Notes: generated by a model from the sequence alone, not told the origin. A stretch of 59,743 nucleotides of DNA from an uncultured virus (IMG/VR IMGVR_UViG_3300024269_000036) (IMGVR_UViG_3300024269_000036:62001-121743); one strand, 5' to 3'. Positions 36,142 to 45,528 are shown, counted from the stretch's first letter. Made by a program: numbers and translations.

Positions 36142-36748
36142 AAGAATATTCTTTTATAATGTAAGGTTTGATTTTTTCTTTGAACTCTGTTTCTGTTAAT
36201 GTGTAATAAGTTACACGTTTTCTACTAACTTTGAACTGTGAAAAATAGGAACCATAAGCCCGTACAAATTTCAAGTCATCAAGGGATGACTGATATTGAT
36301 GGTAAAATAATGCTGCAGACGTATCGGATACTCTTGCAACTGCAATACCTCTATCATTCCTCCAAATCATCAAGTCACAATAAACTGGGTCTACGGATTT
36401 TGCTTCATCGTAAGTTAATGAAGTAACTCTTGAAATATCCCACCCATCACGATTGATTTCACGTGCTTTTCTTTTGAAATCATAACCATGTTTTCTATCA
36501 GTAAGTTTATTCTGCCATTGCCATAAATGAATCATTTCATGAATGAGGGTTTGCTGATATCCTCTGATTTCTCTTTTGAAAAAAGATGATATACGGATAC
36601 GGGAAAGATTACCCATAGGTTTAAAGTCACCTAAAGCAACTTTAGTGTTTGATATACTAAAAATTGGTGCTTTAAGTTCCCCATCGAAATATTTGGTATT
36701 AAATTCCTTAAACCACTTATTAAGGTCCTGTAGTGAAAGTATGTGCAT
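36131..36748 (-). CDS. SprT-like zinc metalloprotease
   Basis: FKEFNTKYFDGEL...TLIHEMIHLW...HGYDFKRKA. Confidence 0.8.
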   Translation of the reverse strand: MHILSLQDLNKWFKEFNTKYFDGELKAPIFSISNTKVALGDFKPMGNLSRIRISSFFKREIRGYQQTLIHEMIHLWQWQNKLTDRKHGYDFKRKAREINRDGWDISRVTSLTYDEAKSVDPVYCDLMIWRNDRGIAVARVSDTSAALFYHQYQSSLDDLKFVRAYGSYFSQFKVSRKRVTYYTLTETEFKEKIKPYIIKEYSYAA

Positions 36749-36782
36749 AATAAAAATGTGTAAAAATCTACGGTGAATTACA

Positions 36783-36797
36783 ACAAATACCGTGCCA
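36783..36797 (-). promoter_or_regulatory. Sigma54-like -24/-12 motif
   Basis: TGGCACG-GTAT-TTGT, 49 bp upstream of ATG 36748. Confidence 0.7.
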
Positions 36798-36803
36798 AAA
36801 TAC

Positions 36804-37112
36804 CTATAAAAGTTTTAGTATACCAAAATTCCCTCCACAAAAAAATGATTGTTCATTATTTTTGGGTTCCACAAAAAGACAGTCAGAAAATAAAGATTTA
36901 TCACGGCTTTCAAAAATCGCATCAACAGATGGCTGAAAAATTGCATGTTCGTCATCATATTCCAAATATCCGGCGTTTGCTACACTAAGGAGAGATTCTC
37001 CTCGAATTTTTTTTAATGGTTTTCGAAAAGAATTCTCCTTCTTAAAAATTGAAAATCGTTCAAAAGAATGAAAATCAAGGTATTTGGGGTTATTTAATGA
37101 CTTCTTCCTCAT
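36804..37112 (-). CDS. Hypothetical protein
   Basis: 102 aa, 3 bp after previous stop. Confidence 0.5.
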   Translation of the reverse strand: MRKKSLNNPKYLDFHSFERFSIFKKENSFRKPLKKIRGESLLSVANAGYLEYDDEHAIFQPSVDAIFESRDKSLFSDCLFVEPKNNEQSFFCGGNFGILKLL

Positions 37113-37115
37113 TTT

Positions 37116-37775
37116 CTATCTTCCACATTTAATGGCATAACTTCTTACCTTTGCTTGAAGTTCATCTATCTTTGTTGTATTGCTAATTGCTTCATACTTT
37201 GCCTTGAATTTTGTCTCATAAAGTTCATCTGAAGCATAACGTTTACCATTAACATCAACGTAGTTTTCCATGAGGTCTCCCTCAAGTTTATTGACGAGGT
37301 AACGTGTTGTAAGTAGTTTTAGATAAGGTTCAATGGATTCATTTGGATAACTGTAACGATACTTACTATTAATCTCAGAATGGGACAAACCGTCAAAAAC
37401 TCCTACGTTAAACACATTATTCAGTTTTGCGCCAATTCCCTTTGTTCCGTAATGGGATTCAATTTCTCCTTGAACAAGGACAAACTTGACGTCAACGCCA
37501 TATTTTTCACATTGTTCAACAAGTGCATATCCCCTTAAATTTGAAGTTGGAGCCACTGAGGATATATAGTTTTGAACCTCAGTTACATATTCATAATAAT
37601 ATCTATGGTATTCCAATTCAGCCTCCCTAACACAGTCAATGGCGTATGAGTAGCCTTCCTCTCCGGGAACGTGATGTTCTGAAAGTCTTGAAATTGAAAT
37701 AGTATTAAATACTGAAACTCCAAGTGTTGCAAGCATCATCATCACGCCCAATGTAATAAGAATTTTATTTTTCAT
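37116..37775 (-). CDS. Lysozyme-fold glucosaminidase (GH73-like) with N-terminal signal/anchor; candidate endolysin
   Basis: KYGVDVKFVLVQGEIESHYGT, NNVFNVG, RYASDELY; hydrophobic N-terminus. Confidence 0.7.
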   Translation of the reverse strand: MKNKILITLGVMMMLATLGVSVFNTISISRLSEHHVPGEEGYSYAIDCVREAELEYHRYYYEYVTEVQNYISSVAPTSNLRGYALVEQCEKYGVDVKFVLVQGEIESHYGTKGIGAKLNNVFNVGVFDGLSHSEINSKYRYSYPNESIEPYLKLLTTRYLVNKLEGDLMENYVDVNGKRYASDELYETKFKAKYEAISNTTKIDELQAKVRSYAIKCGR

Positions 37776-37811
37776 ATCAAAAATATTTTAAAAAATTAAT
37801 CCACAAAATTA

Positions 37812-37820
37812 ATAAATAGT
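37812..37820 (-). promoter_or_regulatory. Putative late promoter motif ACTATTTAT
   Basis: ATAAATAGT on + strand upstream of lysin-like gene. Confidence 0.55.
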
Positions 37821-37825
37821 TATAA

Positions 37826-38074
37826 TTACCAAAAAAAGTTATTTTGATTTTTTAGCAGAAATCTCCCGTTTTCTATAGTACTAAAAGTATTATCAGCCCC
37901 TCCTTCATGATAATATGCACCGCTTACTCCACCGTCTACATTATATATGGGTTCATCAATACGATATCTGGCACGGTCGGTTTCAAATATATCATAGACC
38001 GCCCCATCAAATAATGTCTTATTGACTAAGAACATACTCCTGTAAAGTCTTGGACTCTCATAATCTCTAACCAT
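37826..38074 (-). CDS. Hypothetical protein
   Basis: Start moved to ATG 38074. Confidence 0.55.
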   Translation of the reverse strand: MVRDYESPRLYRSMFLVNKTLFDGAVYDIFETDRARYRIDEPIYNVDGGVSGAYYHEGGADNTFSTIENGRFLLKNQNNFFW

Positions 38075-38076
38075 AA

Positions 38077-38307
38077 TTAAAAACCATTTTGACTTAACCA
38101 ATAGTCATACATTATATCTTCTCTTGCGGCACAGTCATCATGATAATTAGCAATTTCTTCAAGTTGAGAATTCAATAGTTTAGCGTCATCAAAGTATTCA
38201 TCAAGAAAACGGGACACGTCTTTAATATCATTAATATCTCCTTTAAAGGGGATTCTCATTGTTTCCACGATGAAACGAACCGCGTGTTTTTGTTTGTTAG
38301 TCACCAT
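38077..38307 (-). CDS. Hypothetical protein
   Basis: TNKQKHAVRFI...VSRFLDEY. Confidence 0.65.
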   Translation of the reverse strand: MVTNKQKHAVRFIVETMRIPFKGDINDIKDVSRFLDEYFDDAKLLNSQLEEIANYHDDCAAREDIMYDYWLSQNGF

Positions 38308-38702
38308 TATTTCAAAAAATTAATTTCAATATCAAGTATTTTTAAGAAACGAGCCGTACTATTATGGACCATATCAGAAACCACGGTCCAATAACTGTCC
38401 CCAACATAAAATGGTTCAGTACTTTTTATTCTCACTTTATTTACTGCAGATTCTGTTTTATAATCTTTTACAGATTCCCCATCTGCGTTTTGAATCTCGT
38501 ATGTAATTACAATGTTATCAATAGGCATTTGGTAGTTATTAACCAAATGTATGAAACAATCACATCCACCATTGTCATCAGGGTAGTCAAGGTTAAAGTC
38601 TAATTCTAAATTAATTTGGTGAAAGTAAGCTGTTTCCAAATCATATTTCTCACAAGAGATAAACATGATACTAATAAACGAAATAAATAAAATTTTTCTC
38701 AT
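38307..38702 (-). CDS. Putative lipoprotein
   Basis: MRKILFISFISIMFISC-EKYD: signal II with Cys followed by charged residues. Confidence 0.65.
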   Translation of the reverse strand: MRKILFISFISIMFISCEKYDLETAYFHQINLELDFNLDYPDDNGGCDCFIHLVNNYQMPIDNIVITYEIQNADGESVKDYKTESAVNKVRIKSTEPFYVGDSYWTVVSDMVHNSTARFLKILDIEINFLK

Positions 38703-38729
38703 ACAAAATTGTGTTTTCAATTGCTTATA

Positions 38730-38744
38730 ACAAAAATTATGCCA
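38730..38744 (-). promoter_or_regulatory. Sigma54-like -24/-12 motif
   Basis: TGGCATA-ATTT-TTGT, 42 bp upstream of ATG 38702. Confidence 0.55.
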
Positions 38745-38913
38745 AACTATCGTAGAGTTTATCACAAAATGTTCTTACACAATTAATATAATCTCTCAGT
38801 ACTTCCTTATTATTTTCCGCCTCAGCATTAAGGATTTGTGCAAGAGCAATAATATCATCATTATAAGCATTTCTTAAAAATTTACTCGCAATTTTAACGG
38901 TTTCTTCAATCAT
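38737..38913 (-). CDS. Hypothetical protein
   Basis: Start moved to ATG 38913. Confidence 0.55.
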   Translation of the reverse strand: MIEETVKIASKFLRNAYNDDIIALAQILNAEAENNKEVLRDYINCVRTFCDKLYDSLA

Positions 38914-38941
38914 AAATTTTAACTTTAAATGTTTCCGACGG

Positions 38942-38972
38942 CAAATATAATAACAATTTTCTAAAAAACAAA
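38942..38972 (-). promoter_or_regulatory. Bacteroidota housekeeping-sigma promoter (leftward)
   Basis: Minus strand TTTG-N19-TATATTTG. Confidence 0.7.
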
Positions 38973-38982
38973 ATTTCACATT

Positions 38983-39140
38983 AGAGCCTCGCGCACGCGC
39001 GTTTAATTATAATTTATAATTAAAATAATATATTAAATAATATTTTATAATTAACTATATATTAATAAGTTATAATTTGTTAATAACGGTATATTATTTA
39101 ATTTTTTAAAATATAGAAGTATTGAAAAAAAATACAACTT
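38983..39140. other. GC tract followed by extreme AT-rich non-coding region at a strand switch
   Basis: CTCGCGCACGCGCG then >100 bp of nearly pure A/T between divergent promoters. Confidence 0.5.
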
Positions 39141-39143
39141 TTT

Positions 39144-39174
39144 TTTGTTGTTTCAGAAAAAAAGTCTATTTTTG
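39144..39174 (+). promoter_or_regulatory. Bacteroidota housekeeping-sigma promoter (rightward)
   Basis: TTTG-N19-TATTTTTG. Confidence 0.65.
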
Positions 39175-39192
39175 CACCGAAAACGTAGTTGC

Positions 39193-39408
39193 ATGCGAAA
39201 AAAGTTAGAAAGTGGTGACGTTCCAAATGTTGAACCGTCACAATTATATTGTGAAGACCGTTTTGATTCTCCTATAGGTGGGCGTATTTTTAAGTACGGT
39301 TGTAATGTGGTTTGGTTAAATAATAGATTTGAATATGAGCCTTGGTGGAAACATCCAAGGTATCGAAACTATGATGTACCTTTTCTGAGTAGATTAACTA
39401 TTAAATAA
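39193..39408 (+). CDS. Hypothetical protein
   Basis: ATG 39193 downstream of promoter. Confidence 0.5.
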   Translation: MRKKLESGDVPNVEPSQLYCEDRFDSPIGGRIFKYGCNVVWLNNRFEYEPWWKHPRYRNYDVPFLSRLTIK

Positions 39409-39421
39409 TATACATTAATAT

Positions 39422-39652
39422 ATGGCACTTTTAAACGTTGTAAACAAAATTGAAATTGAGGCAGAGAAGATATCTGCCCTTATTTCAGATTTGGAATCTC
39501 CTGCACAGAACCCTGCTTATGCGGGACCTACAAAGGAAGAGATTATTGACACTCTAAAAACAGTATTGGATGTTTTTGCTTCAGCACAAATTGAGATTGA
39601 AAATTTGAACAGTGATTTGAATTATTGGATAGAGATGTCTGAGGAAGTATAG
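39422..39652 (+). CDS. Small acidic helical protein (paralog of next gene)
   Basis: LISDLESPAQNPAYAGPTKEEIIDTL. Confidence 0.7.
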   Translation: MALLNVVNKIEIEAEKISALISDLESPAQNPAYAGPTKEEIIDTLKTVLDVFASAQIEIENLNSDLNYWIEMSEEV

Positions 39653-39655
39653 GTT

Positions 39656-39943
39656 ATGATTGAACGAATTAGCATTGTAATGGATAGAGTTGCAGGACTT
39701 GTATCAGATTTACAAACTCCTGCACAGAACCCGGTTTATACGGGACCTACAAAGGACGAAATACTTGATGTCCTTGATGATGTATTATCAATACATGGTA
39801 TGTTGGAATCTATGTGGGAAAAAATTGAAGCATCAGAAAAATCTAAAGAAGATGATGACCGGACATTTGACAATATCAAAGATAATATTGAAAATGCAAT
39901 AAATAGACTTGAAAGAGCGTTAGATGATATCAATTTCAGATAG
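39656..39943 (+). CDS. Small acidic helical protein (paralog of previous gene)
   Basis: LVSDLQTPAQNPVYTGPTKDEILDVL. Confidence 0.7.
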   Translation: MIERISIVMDRVAGLVSDLQTPAQNPVYTGPTKDEILDVLDDVLSIHGMLESMWEKIEASEKSKEDDDRTFDNIKDNIENAINRLERALDDINFR

Positions 39944-39945
39944 TT

Positions 39946-39960
39946 TGGCACGATATTTGT
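39946..39960 (+). promoter_or_regulatory. Sigma54-like -24/-12 motif
   Basis: TGGCACG-ATAT-TTGT, 52 bp upstream of ATG 39998. Confidence 0.7.
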
Positions 39961-39997
39961 ATTGAATTAGGTTGTTAATTTTTAAATAGAAAATTTT

Positions 39998-40453
39998 ATG
40001 AACTTAGGTGATATGAAACTCTATCAAGAGTTTGAGGAAAAAGAACGTGCAAGATGGGCGAGGGAAGCCGAGAGGAGATTGGAAACTCACAGAAAAAGGC
40101 AAAAGGATTTTGAGGATATTTACGGAATCGCACCTCAGAAAATCGTGTGCTTAACAACTGATAATCTTTTGCGGATGCCTTTTAACAGAGCACAAGAGAT
40201 GCTTGAGAAAGCAATGATGGTTATCAATAAACTGTCGGATGAAATTAAAGCCAAGAATGAGGGTGTAGATATTTGCAGATGCATTCCATTTGGGAAACAT
40301 CAAGGAAGAACTGTTTGGGAAATTATCAATACAGAACCTCATTATGCTATGTGGTTGCATGACAAGACAGATTTCAAACTCACTGATTATGAGATAAAAA
40401 TTGCTCAGTATGTTAGGAATAATGACCCTTTAAAAGAAAATCTGGTTGACTAA
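39998..40453 (+). CDS. Protein with C-terminal FGKHxG (DUF3820/ExoX C-terminal-like) domain
   Basis: IPFGKHQGRTVWEI...PHYAMWL. Confidence 0.65.
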   Translation: MNLGDMKLYQEFEEKERARWAREAERRLETHRKRQKDFEDIYGIAPQKIVCLTTDNLLRMPFNRAQEMLEKAMMVINKLSDEIKAKNEGVDICRCIPFGKHQGRTVWEIINTEPHYAMWLHDKTDFKLTDYEIKIAQYVRNNDPLKENLVD

Positions 40454-40456
40454 AAA

Positions 40457-40945
40457 ATGAAAAAAATGTGGAATAAGATTGAAGAAAAGGTACTTGAAAA
40501 GTATATGTCAGAGCCTAAAGATTCTGACATATATCAGGATTTTTGGAAAGACATACTTGCTGATTATTCTGCCGATTATTGGAAATTAGCAAGGGCTGTC
40601 CCATTTAAAATAGATACAATTGGTTGGCAACTTATTGGAAGAATTGTTGATAATAGGGATGACATTAAAAAGATTGATTGTGCAGATTTTCAAAGTGGTG
40701 TAAATGGTGATTATATCCATATAAATTACGTATCTCCTTTTGGATATTATGTATATATTCCATTGGAGTGGTTTAAAGACCGTAATGAGTTTTTGAGGAA
40801 GTGGGTGGAAATTGCCACTGACGAATATGTCAGCGAAATTGAACGAAACATAATATCTATGCGCAATTCTATTGAGAAGAAAGAGAAAGAACTTGAGAAA
40901 ATCAAGAATATTAATGTAATAGAACATGTATTTGGAAAAGAATAA
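40457..40945 (+). CDS. Hypothetical protein, distant paralog of 28067..28555
   Basis: INY...IPLEWFKD..EF..KWVEI + coiled coil. Confidence 0.65.
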   Translation: MKKMWNKIEEKVLEKYMSEPKDSDIYQDFWKDILADYSADYWKLARAVPFKIDTIGWQLIGRIVDNRDDIKKIDCADFQSGVNGDYIHINYVSPFGYYVYIPLEWFKDRNEFLRKWVEIATDEYVSEIERNIISMRNSIEKKEKELEKIKNINVIEHVFGKE

Positions 40946-40946
40946 T

Positions 40947-42086
40947 ATGGTACTTGAAGATTTTTTTATTGATAATACTTTGAACTTGAATTGGGATTTC
41001 ATTTTGAAACTTCCACATTTTAGAGATATGGAGAATACTATGCAGAATCCTCGTTGGCATAGTGAGGGAAATACATTGGAACATACCCGTCTTGTGTGCA
41101 AGCATGCTTTGGGATTTATGGAAGAAGATACTGAGAAGAACCTTCACGAGAAGAGACTTTTTATGCTCTCAGCACTTTTCCATGATGTTGGAAAGCCTAA
41201 GACGACTTTCAAGGGAGAAAAAGATGGTAATTGGCACTCTTATGGTCATGAAAATGTAGGTTCAAAACTTGCACGTGAAATGCTGTGGGATTGGCCTCTT
41301 TATGACCGTGAGTATATTGTTCATATGGTTAAGTGGCATATGGAGCCTCTCTTCTTCGAAAAAGCCAAGAAGCCAAGGGATGTTGTTGATAAAATTACAA
41401 AAACTCTCCCTTATTATGATATATACAGGCTGAAGATGTGTGACCTTGAGGGTGCAATTCAGAAACCAAGTTGTTCTACTAAAGAGGAAGACAAGAAGAT
41501 TCTTGAAAGATTCCTAATCATCGGTGAAGAATTGAACAACATTTCATGGCTGAATATGTTCAAGATTGGTGAAAGTCCTTACGGTTGCAGTGGTAGTCTT
41601 CCTAAATTTGCTGACGATGCCGTTGAGGTCAATGTGATGATTGGGCTTCCTGGGTCAGGCAAGAATACTTTCATTGAGAATACACTCATTCATAAGATGG
41701 ATAACCCTGTGGTGTTGTCAAGAGATGATATCAGGGTGGAATTGGGTTATTGTTCTGCAGATGAAAAGATTGTTGGAACAAACAAACAGGAGAATAAAGT
41801 TACCAAGATTTTTAATGAAAGGCTTCTTGAGGCAATAGAAAATAATCGTCCTGTTATATTGAATAACATTAATCTATCTGCCAAGAGAAGAAAGGAATTG
41901 AAAGGTTTCTTAGGAGGAAAGAAAATCCGTTGGAACTATTGGTATATTGAGGCACCTACGTTTAAGGATAATATCAAGAGACGTAAGGGACAGATACCTG
42001 AGAATGTATTTTACAATATGGTTCAGAATTTTGAATTTCCTGAACATAATGAATATCATAGCCTTTGGGTTGTAAAACAGAATTAA
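40947..42086 (+). CDS. HD-domain phosphohydrolase fused to P-loop kinase (AAA_33/Pnk-like)
   Basis: QNPRWHSEGNTLEHT, LFHDVGK, GHENVG; MIGLPGSGKNT, LSRDDIR. Confidence 0.85.
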   Translation: MVLEDFFIDNTLNLNWDFILKLPHFRDMENTMQNPRWHSEGNTLEHTRLVCKHALGFMEEDTEKNLHEKRLFMLSALFHDVGKPKTTFKGEKDGNWHSYGHENVGSKLAREMLWDWPLYDREYIVHMVKWHMEPLFFEKAKKPRDVVDKITKTLPYYDIYRLKMCDLEGAIQKPSCSTKEEDKKILERFLIIGEELNNISWLNMFKIGESPYGCSGSLPKFADDAVEVNVMIGLPGSGKNTFIENTLIHKMDNPVVLSRDDIRVELGYCSADEKIVGTNKQENKVTKIFNERLLEAIENNRPVILNNINLSAKRRKELKGFLGGKKIRWNYWYIEAPTFKDNIKRRKGQIPENVFYNMVQNFEFPEHNEYHSLWVVKQN

Positions 42087-42087
42087 A

Positions 42088-42543
42088 ATGGGAACATACG
42101 TATATGAATATCCAATGCCGTCGTTGGCAGCTGATTGTGCGGTTTTAAAGTACAATGAAAATGCAGGAATTGATATCCTGCTCATTAAGAGGAAAAATGA
42201 GCCTCATAAAGGCTGTTGGGCTTTACCTGGTGGTTACATGGAAATAAATGAAACTCTTGAAGATGCAGTAAAGAGGGAAGTTAAGGAGGAAACGGGTATT
42301 GACATTAATAGGTCATGCTTTAAATATTTTAATGATAAGATTTTCGATAATCCTGACAGGGATGAGAGAGGAAGGGTAATTTCGGTACTATCAATTGTCG
42401 TTGTGCCATGCGATACTGAATTTTTTGCAGGTGACGATGCTGTCGAATGTAAATGGTTTAGTCTCAGACAACTCCCTCCTCTTGCATTTGACCATAAAGA
42501 TATGATTGAACATGCAAAAGAACGTTTAAATATATGTCTTTAA
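42088..42543 (+). CDS. NUDIX hydrolase (ADP-ribose pyrophosphatase/NrtR-like)
   Basis: WALPGGYMEINETLEDAVKREVKEETGI; PDRDERGR; LAFDH. Confidence 0.9.
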   Translation: MGTYVYEYPMPSLAADCAVLKYNENAGIDILLIKRKNEPHKGCWALPGGYMEINETLEDAVKREVKEETGIDINRSCFKYFNDKIFDNPDRDERGRVISVLSIVVVPCDTEFFAGDDAVECKWFSLRQLPPLAFDHKDMIEHAKERLNICL

Positions 42544-42636
42544 ACTATTTATATGGTTATTTTAAGAGATTTAACTCCCGGGCCGTTGATTGTGATAAGA
42601 GATGGGTTGGAAACTAATTTTTAGAAAAAAAATAAT

Positions 42637-43404
42637 ATGGGATTTAAAAAAAAGACAGAGAAAGTTGAATGGTCTGAAGAAAAAATAATTGATGTTCTTG
42701 AACGCAATTTCTTATCACAGCCTAAATATGTGATAAGAAATTTGTATGTTTTTGATAAATCATGGGAATCTGATTATCTTGCAATGACAAAATCAGGATA
42801 CCTTTATGAGGGTGAAGTGAAAATTTCACGTGCAGATTTCAAGGCCGACATGAAGAAAAAGAGAAAGCATCAAATTCTTGAAGGAACATATGAACCAAAA
42901 ATGATTCAGCCATGGGGTAAAGAGGCATATACCGAGAAAGTTTTAAAGCCGAATTATTTTTTCTATGCAGTTCCTGAGGGCCTTATTGAACCTGAAGAAG
43001 TGCCTGAATATGCCGGCTTAGTTTATATGTGCGATGTATGGCCATATATTAAATGGGTTAAAAAAGCCCCTAAAATTCACGGTGAAAAGTTAGGTGAAGA
43101 TGACCTTAATCTGTGCGAGAAGTTCTATTATAACATGGTTTCTTGGCGAAATAAGGCGATTAACGATTATAAGCGTGAACTTGATGTAACAAGACAGTTA
43201 TTGAAAGAGGCTAAGACTGATGAGGATGGAAACAAATATCCACATACAGCAGGTGAATATAAGAAAATGTATGAGGCTCTTATTAAAGAAAAAATAGACA
43301 GTGAAAAATATAGGGAACAACTTTTTGGTGAAGTTCTCACTTTAAGGTCTGAGAATCGAATATTAAAGCGAGAAAATGAAAGATTGAAAAATGACGAGAA
43401 ATAG
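42637..43404 (+). CDS. PD-(D/E)xK nuclease, MmcB-like, with C-terminal coiled coil
   Basis: WESDYL...EGEVKISRADFKAD...NYFFYAVP. Confidence 0.7.
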   Translation: MGFKKKTEKVEWSEEKIIDVLERNFLSQPKYVIRNLYVFDKSWESDYLAMTKSGYLYEGEVKISRADFKADMKKKRKHQILEGTYEPKMIQPWGKEAYTEKVLKPNYFFYAVPEGLIEPEEVPEYAGLVYMCDVWPYIKWVKKAPKIHGEKLGEDDLNLCEKFYYNMVSWRNKAINDYKRELDVTRQLLKEAKTDEDGNKYPHTAGEYKKMYEALIKEKIDSEKYREQLFGEVLTLRSENRILKRENERLKNDEK

Positions 43405-43437
43405 TTTAAGGAGAAGAATAGAAATGTTCTTCTCTTT

Positions 43438-43468
43438 TTTGTTTTTTAAAGAAAAAATAGTATATTTG
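43438..43468 (+). promoter_or_regulatory. Bacteroidota housekeeping-sigma promoter
   Basis: TTTG-N19-TATATTTG. Confidence 0.7.
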
Positions 43469-43489
43469 CCACAAACAATTTTTAGGATT

Positions 43490-44308
43490 ATGTTAGATAG
43501 GGAAAAAGTGATATCACAGGCATTTCACGACTGCATGAAAGAAATGTATGCAAAGGCACAACCTTCGGTTGATTATGACCAACTCATTGCTGATTTTAAA
43601 TCAGGAAAAATAACTGAGGGGCCAAACGACCATATATATGATAGATATTATTTGTCTTCAGAAGAATTTTCATATATTCTTGACAAATATGTGAAAGCAT
43701 ATAATATTGAGGGTAAGTGGAACCGTTATATGGAGATTCTACAAGAATATGTATCAAATGGTGGTAGTAAGGATGTTTACAAGCCTGATTATACTGATAA
43801 GGATGGTGAATGGCATCCTGGCCATAGAGACTATGAGAAGGTTCTTCCGATGAAGAAGCAACTTGAAAACTATTTCAAACTTGTGCTTGGCGAGGATAAT
43901 CCTGATGTTAGTATATATGTAAAGGACCTTTCTGATATGGTGGATAGTATAATTGCTGACTGCAAGAATTTTTATTCATTTGAAAGAGAGGAAAGTAGTT
44001 TCAGATGTGGTATTGCTTTAGGAGCATCACCGACTTCAAATCCGGATAAAGTTGTTGAATATTGGAAGAAACAAGGGGTTGATGTTCAAATTGAAAAAAG
44101 AAACCCAATGCTTCTTTGGGATATGGATTACTATGGTGATGAGTTTGAAGAGGCCATGATTGAGGAATATGGGGAGGAATGGGAGAAGGAGACATGGGAT
44201 ATTTACCATGAATCTGAAAGAGTAAAAAAAGAGAAGAGAGAAAAAGAGTTAGAGGAGATATATAAGAAACGTCCTGATTTAAATCCAAAAGACGATGGGA
44301 AAGAATAA
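43490..44308 (+). CDS. Hypothetical protein
   Basis: Start moved to ATG 43490 after promoter. Confidence 0.7.
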   Translation: MLDREKVISQAFHDCMKEMYAKAQPSVDYDQLIADFKSGKITEGPNDHIYDRYYLSSEEFSYILDKYVKAYNIEGKWNRYMEILQEYVSNGGSKDVYKPDYTDKDGEWHPGHRDYEKVLPMKKQLENYFKLVLGEDNPDVSIYVKDLSDMVDSIIADCKNFYSFEREESSFRCGIALGASPTSNPDKVVEYWKKQGVDVQIEKRNPMLLWDMDYYGDEFEEAMIEEYGEEWEKETWDIYHESERVKKEKREKELEEIYKKRPDLNPKDDGKE

Positions 44309-44504
44309 GATATGCTGTGAACGCTGTGAACACTATTGTAGAGTTGTTGACAGGAAAGGAAAAACCAAAGGATATGTATGTAACTTGTGGCTTGATGGGA
44401 TGGCGGGAGATTCCTCTTGGTTTTTTCCGGATGAAAGTTGTTTTGAGAAAAGAACGAGAAAAACCACGAAGGAGAGAATTCGTGGCACGATATTTGTAGT
44501 ATAG
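44295..44504 (+). CDS. Small Cys-rich protein
   Basis: CCERCEHYC...VC...SCF. Confidence 0.6.
   Translation: MGKNKICCERCEHYCRVVDRKGKTKGYVCNLWLDGMAGDSSWFFPDESCFEKRTRKTTKERIRGTIFVV
44483..44497 (+). promoter_or_regulatory. Sigma54-like -24/-12 motif
   Basis: TGGCACG-ATAT-TTGT, 53 bp upstream of ATG 44536. Confidence 0.7.
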
Positions 44505-44535
44505 TTAGATAATAACATTAAAAAAAAAGAATATT

Positions 44536-44985
44536 ATGGAACAGATTAAATTACAATCCGGTATAGTTGAAAATGATGTATTATCAGGGAAGGTGGTTCG
44601 TGAGGTTGGTTTTCTTAGGACTATGACTGACCATGACGACAATCAACTTATAATCACTTTTACTGATGACACTTATATACATATTGGGATTGACAAAAAT
44701 GATTTTTTGAATTGTGTTGACTATTACTTGGAAAATGTTGTAATTCGCCCGTTGCATGTTTTTCACAATATGGATGATTGTTATGTAAAGGATGATAAGG
44801 TCGTTTATAGCCCACGTCGAAGCATGCAGATTGAGATGGGCGTTCATCCGCATATTGATGAACAAGCCTTGGTAAAAGCAGTTAATGATAAAAGGGAAAA
44901 GGAGTTTCAAGAAGAATATCAAACATATCTTAGGTTGAAAGCAAAATTTGAGAATCACGAAGAAACTAAAAATAAAATATCATGA
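44536..44985 (+). CDS. Hypothetical protein
   Basis: Ends in EYQTYLRLKAKFE-type tail. Confidence 0.7.
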   Translation: MEQIKLQSGIVENDVLSGKVVREVGFLRTMTDHDDNQLIITFTDDTYIHIGIDKNDFLNCVDYYLENVVIRPLHVFHNMDDCYVKDDKVVYSPRRSMQIEMGVHPHIDEQALVKAVNDKREKEFQEEYQTYLRLKAKFENHEETKNKIS

Positions 44986-45182
44986 CGTTAGGAGAATTTA
45001 GAGAATATACAAAAAATATGAGGGATGATGTTAATCTTGCATATCATCACAATGGGGGATATGTCCCTATTAACACATTTAATGTTGTTGGTGATGATAC
45101 GCTTGCAATGGTTAACAAAAATTATGAGGAGAATCATATAATGGGTATTGTAACTGCAATGGCTGTTTTAAACAAAAAATAA
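44982..45182 (+). CDS. Hypothetical protein
   Basis: ATGA overlap. Confidence 0.55.
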   Translation: MTLGEFREYTKNMRDDVNLAYHHNGGYVPINTFNVVGDDTLAMVNKNYEENHIMGIVTAMAVLNKK

Positions 45183-45183
45183 T

Positions 45184-45528
45184 ATGAAAGAAGCAGATGT
45201 TTTTAAATATAGACCGTGTATTGACATAGATTTTGACCATTATGTATTTACATCTCCAATAGATTGTACCAAACATAAAGTTTCATTAGATGATGCTGAA
45301 AACTATATCGTAAATGTTGTTGAAGGTGATAAACGTTTCAGGCTTGAACTTGCTAATCATCTAAGAAAAATTGCAGATAAAATCGAAAAGGGGGATTATG
45401 AATTGAACGGTTACATTGCAGATTATGATGGTTATCCTATTATGGATGATACCCCCATGTATGATTTTGATTGGGATTTTATTGGAGAATGGATTGAAGA
45501 CAACAAAAGACTTGGGAGTATTATATAA
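45184..45528 (+). CDS. Hypothetical acidic protein
   Basis: Packed ORF. Confidence 0.65.
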   Translation: MKEADVFKYRPCIDIDFDHYVFTSPIDCTKHKVSLDDAENYIVNVVEGDKRFRLELANHLRKIADKIEKGDYELNGYIADYDGYPIMDDTPMYDFDWDFIGEWIEDNKRLGSII

